Shown here piece after piece: positions 22,707 to 25,015 of a DNA stretch of 25,015 bases. Source of the DNA: Calditrichia bacterium (lineage in GTDB: Bacteria; Calditrichota; Calditrichia; JAJRVZ01). The position numbers and the translations under genes were made by a program. The notes beneath the pieces were generated by a model, which saw only the letters and a program-made list of their open reading frames with translations, had not been told where the DNA came from and ran no database searches. Positions within the stretch are counted from its first letter, which is position 1; each line of letters opens with the position of its first letter. Location of the stretch: positions 1-25,015 of the forward strand of contig CAVZSQ010000025.1 of NCBI GenBank assembly GCA_963777955.1, written 5' to 3'.

Positions 22707-23735
22707 TTATGCCGGCTGGTCTGCTTTACGGTCTTTTTTCTCCAACCATATCAGGAAATAGTAATTGACCACCGCCAGGATGACCATCGCCAGCAGGAAG
22801 AGCGGATAAGCGATCTTCCAATTTCCCGGACCGGTCATCATTGACCATTCCGACATGCCGCCGATTCCGGCCAGCAGCGTCAGCGGCATGAAAATGGTGG
22901 TGATAAAGGTCAGGCGCCTGACTGTCCGGTTGGTCCGGTTGGCGGTCTGGGCCATCTGGTTGTTCAGCATGGATAAATACATTTCCATGAGGCTGGTGAC
23001 GACGTCGCGCGATGTCTCGGTCAGTTCGAAAAATATGGTCAGATGATCGTAAATGTCTCGATAGTAGAAGAGCGCTTTTTCCGGGATAAAGGGACAGTCC
23101 TTGCGGCTAGATCTTCACGAGGATCTCCCGCTCGTGGAAGAGGCTCTTGCGCAGGGCGAACAGGTCCCGGCGCAGATGGAGCAGTGTGGCCGGTTTAAAA
23201 TTCGACAGATCGGACAGGATTGTCCTCCTCGGCCAGATCCAACTCATCTTCGAACGCTTCGATGGCGACAAATTTCTGATCGACGATCTGATCGAGGATG
23301 ACATGCAAAAGGAAAGCCGGACCCGGCCGGACAGTCCCGGGAGCAAGTTCCACCAGGCGTTCAATACTTTTCAGAGAATTATTCTCTGCTGAACCGCGGA
23401 TATTGACCGTAATCAGAAAGTTGGCACCGATGAATGATATCCACTTCCCTGATCGTCAGCACTTTGTAGGAATAGTGGAAAGCGTTGAAGAGCATAAAAG
23501 TATAACCGGGATAATCATCGATTTTAGGAATCTGAATTTCATCGACACAGTCTTCGATAGAGAGCGGATGAAGTCTAAAAGGCTCGATCAGCTCGGAGAG
23601 TTCCTCCTTGGTCGGCTGGTAGTAATCCAGCCAGACGTACCCTTCGTTCCCGGCCGCAGCGATAACTTCAGCCAGGCTCGCCAGCGGAACAAGTTTCCCG
23701 GCTTTACTGATATGGTAATACCGTGCTTCCGACAT
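22707..23735 (-). CDS. corA: CorA family Mg2+/Co2+ transporter; several frameshifts
   Basis: YVWLDY, FRLHPLSIEDC...PKIDDY, LLHLRRDLFALRK, YRDIYDHL, LTFITTIFMPLTLLAGIGGMSE followed by a second TM helix; AAGGAG RBS. Confidence 0.85.
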
Positions 23736-23786
23736 CAATGACTCCTTTACCTGGTCTTAATCCAGACTATTATATATAAAATAAAG

Positions 23787-24374
23787 TTAATCTTCTTTTT
23801 TTAAATATGCACCAAAATCAAAAAAGCCTAAATATTTTATTGTCTCGACTCGCTTAGTGCTGTATTCTCTTTTGGAATTTATATATTGAAGACTGTGGTA
23901 CCAGATATAACTTGGACCAAGTGAAAAGTACCAGACCCGGCTTTTACTTAAAAATTGCCGGCCAAAACCGACGTCAATTGTAGCAACCATACCGCCAATC
24001 CCGTGTAAACTGTCGGCAGACATGTTAGCAAAATCCGGGTATGGGCCACCTCCACTAGTGAGAAGCGTTGAGCCGATCTTTGACAAAATATTCGGCTTTT
24101 CCGTTCTGCTTAAATAGTTAAAGGAAAAACCAATATTCCCGTAATGAGGAGCACCGCCGGCACTTAACTCTAAAAAGCAATTTTCATTTGGATAATAAGC
24201 CAATGAATAAACTATTATCCTGGGCATATTAAAACTTATCCCTACCAACCATTTTGAATGGTGTTGGGCTAAACAATCTTGATTAAATAAGAAAGTAAAA
24301 ATTAAAGAACCGAGGACAATTCTTTTACTGTATTTTATTATAAGTCTCATTTCTGTATCAGACACAACAATCAT
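23787..24374 (-). CDS. Hypothetical exported protein, possibly a small beta-barrel; start may be ATG 24350
   Basis: Intact AT-rich 195-aa ORF with a signal-peptide-like N-terminus and amphipathic strands (IGFSFNY, IDVGFGRQF, FFDFGAYL). Confidence 0.55.
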   Translation of the reverse strand: MIVVSDTEMRLIIKYSKRIVLGSLIFTFLFNQDCLAQHHSKWLVGISFNMPRIIVYSLAYYPNENCFLELSAGGAPHYGNIGFSFNYLSRTEKPNILSKIGSTLLTSGGGPYPDFANMSADSLHGIGGMVATIDVGFGRQFLSKSRVWYFSLGPSYIWYHSLQYINSKREYSTKRVETIKYLGFFDFGAYLKKED

Positions 24375-24517
24375 TTTTAACAGAAAGGAATATTAATTTA
24401 ATCGAGGAATTCTAATGGCCTAAATATAAATACAGGATTTGTACGGTCAAATAAGAAAGAGTAAAAAGCACGAAGGAGATTGCTTGGTCTAGATGAATCG
24501 GGACTCGGGTACTCGGT

Positions 24518-24566
24518 GGGCAGGTACAAGACCTGCCCTTACTATGTGCCTCTGTGCCTCGATGCC
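24518..24566. repeat. REP-like palindrome GGGCAGGTACAAGACCTGCCC-TTAC followed by three degenerate 8-mers (TCTGTGCC)
   Basis: GGGCAGGT/ACCTGCCC stem; the reverse strand starts GTAAG, close to the GTAG foot of REP elements. Confidence 0.65.
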
Positions 24567-24709
24567 TTTTTCTCTGTTCTATTGCTATCCCCAAATAAGT
24601 TGATTAATATATCAGGTCATAATTTCATGCTCTCATACAAGTCTGGATCCATTCGCATCCAAAACCGGCAAACGATCTGAAACAACATAATATTTGAAGG
24701 AGTGATCCT

Positions 24710-25015
24710 ATGAAGATCATGGCGCTTTGGTTAGTTTTAATTCTGATTAGTTGTGATAATGATACCTCCGGACCTGATCAAAATTTATCCAACTCTCACC
24801 TCACTGTAACCGGAGATCTCTATGAATCCTATGCAGCGATAGCCTATTACGATACCGGTCGCTATACTTCCGGGGATACTGTTAAGGAATATTTTACCAT
24901 TATGATCATGCCCAGAATCAGCGGGGCTAATCCTTTAGGCATGGCACTATTGTTTAAATTAAATCCCGAACTTCCGGCAGTTCAGAATTATCAGATTGGT
25001 GAATATGCATTCGGA
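24710..25015 (+). CDS. Hypothetical lipoprotein, partial (runs off the window end)
   Basis: AAGGAG RBS and ATG 24710. MKIMALWLVLILISCDND... carries an LISC lipobox; the frame is open to the end of the window. Confidence 0.7.
   Translation, partial: MKIMALWLVLILISCDNDTSGPDQNLSNSHLTVTGDLYESYAAIAYYDTGRYTSGDTVKEYFTIMIMPRISGANPLGMALLFKLNPELPAVQNYQIGEYAFG

Noticed and set aside
22690..22712. GCATAAC at the corA stop as an attC R'' box
   Set aside because: No L boxes and no complementary GTT-containing arm downstream.

Overview
A 25-kb accessory region with mosaic base composition, probably from an FCB-group bacterium such as Calditrichota, KSB1 or Ignavibacteria. That placement is inferred from the YPNPFN-type C-terminal secretion domains and a Ser/Thr kinase-TM-TolB-like-TPR gene. 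Most genes are on the minus strand, and many carry single-base frameshifts that may be assembly errors. Genes: TPR protein, beta-propeller protein, alkaline-phosphatase/LamG/CTD protein, internal katG fragment, methyltransferase remnant, large secreted CTD protein, Ser/Thr kinase, TetR plus a probable outer-membrane protein, MFS transporter, REC-TrxB fusion with a cNMP-domain histidine kinase, FAD/BBE oxidoreductase (plus a decayed second copy), CorA and two hypothetical proteins. The most notable non-coding signals are: (1) five co-oriented copies of an unrecognised two-hairpin element, about 85 bp when complete, spaced 4-6.5 kb apart at gene-module boundaries; (2) an integron attC-like site split by the katG fragment, with an 11/12-bp duplication at the junctions; (3) 244-bp REP-doublet direct repeats around the kinase gene; (4) four phased 14-bp palindromic operators upstream of tetR. 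No integrase, transposase, rRNA, tRNA or CRISPR array was recognised.
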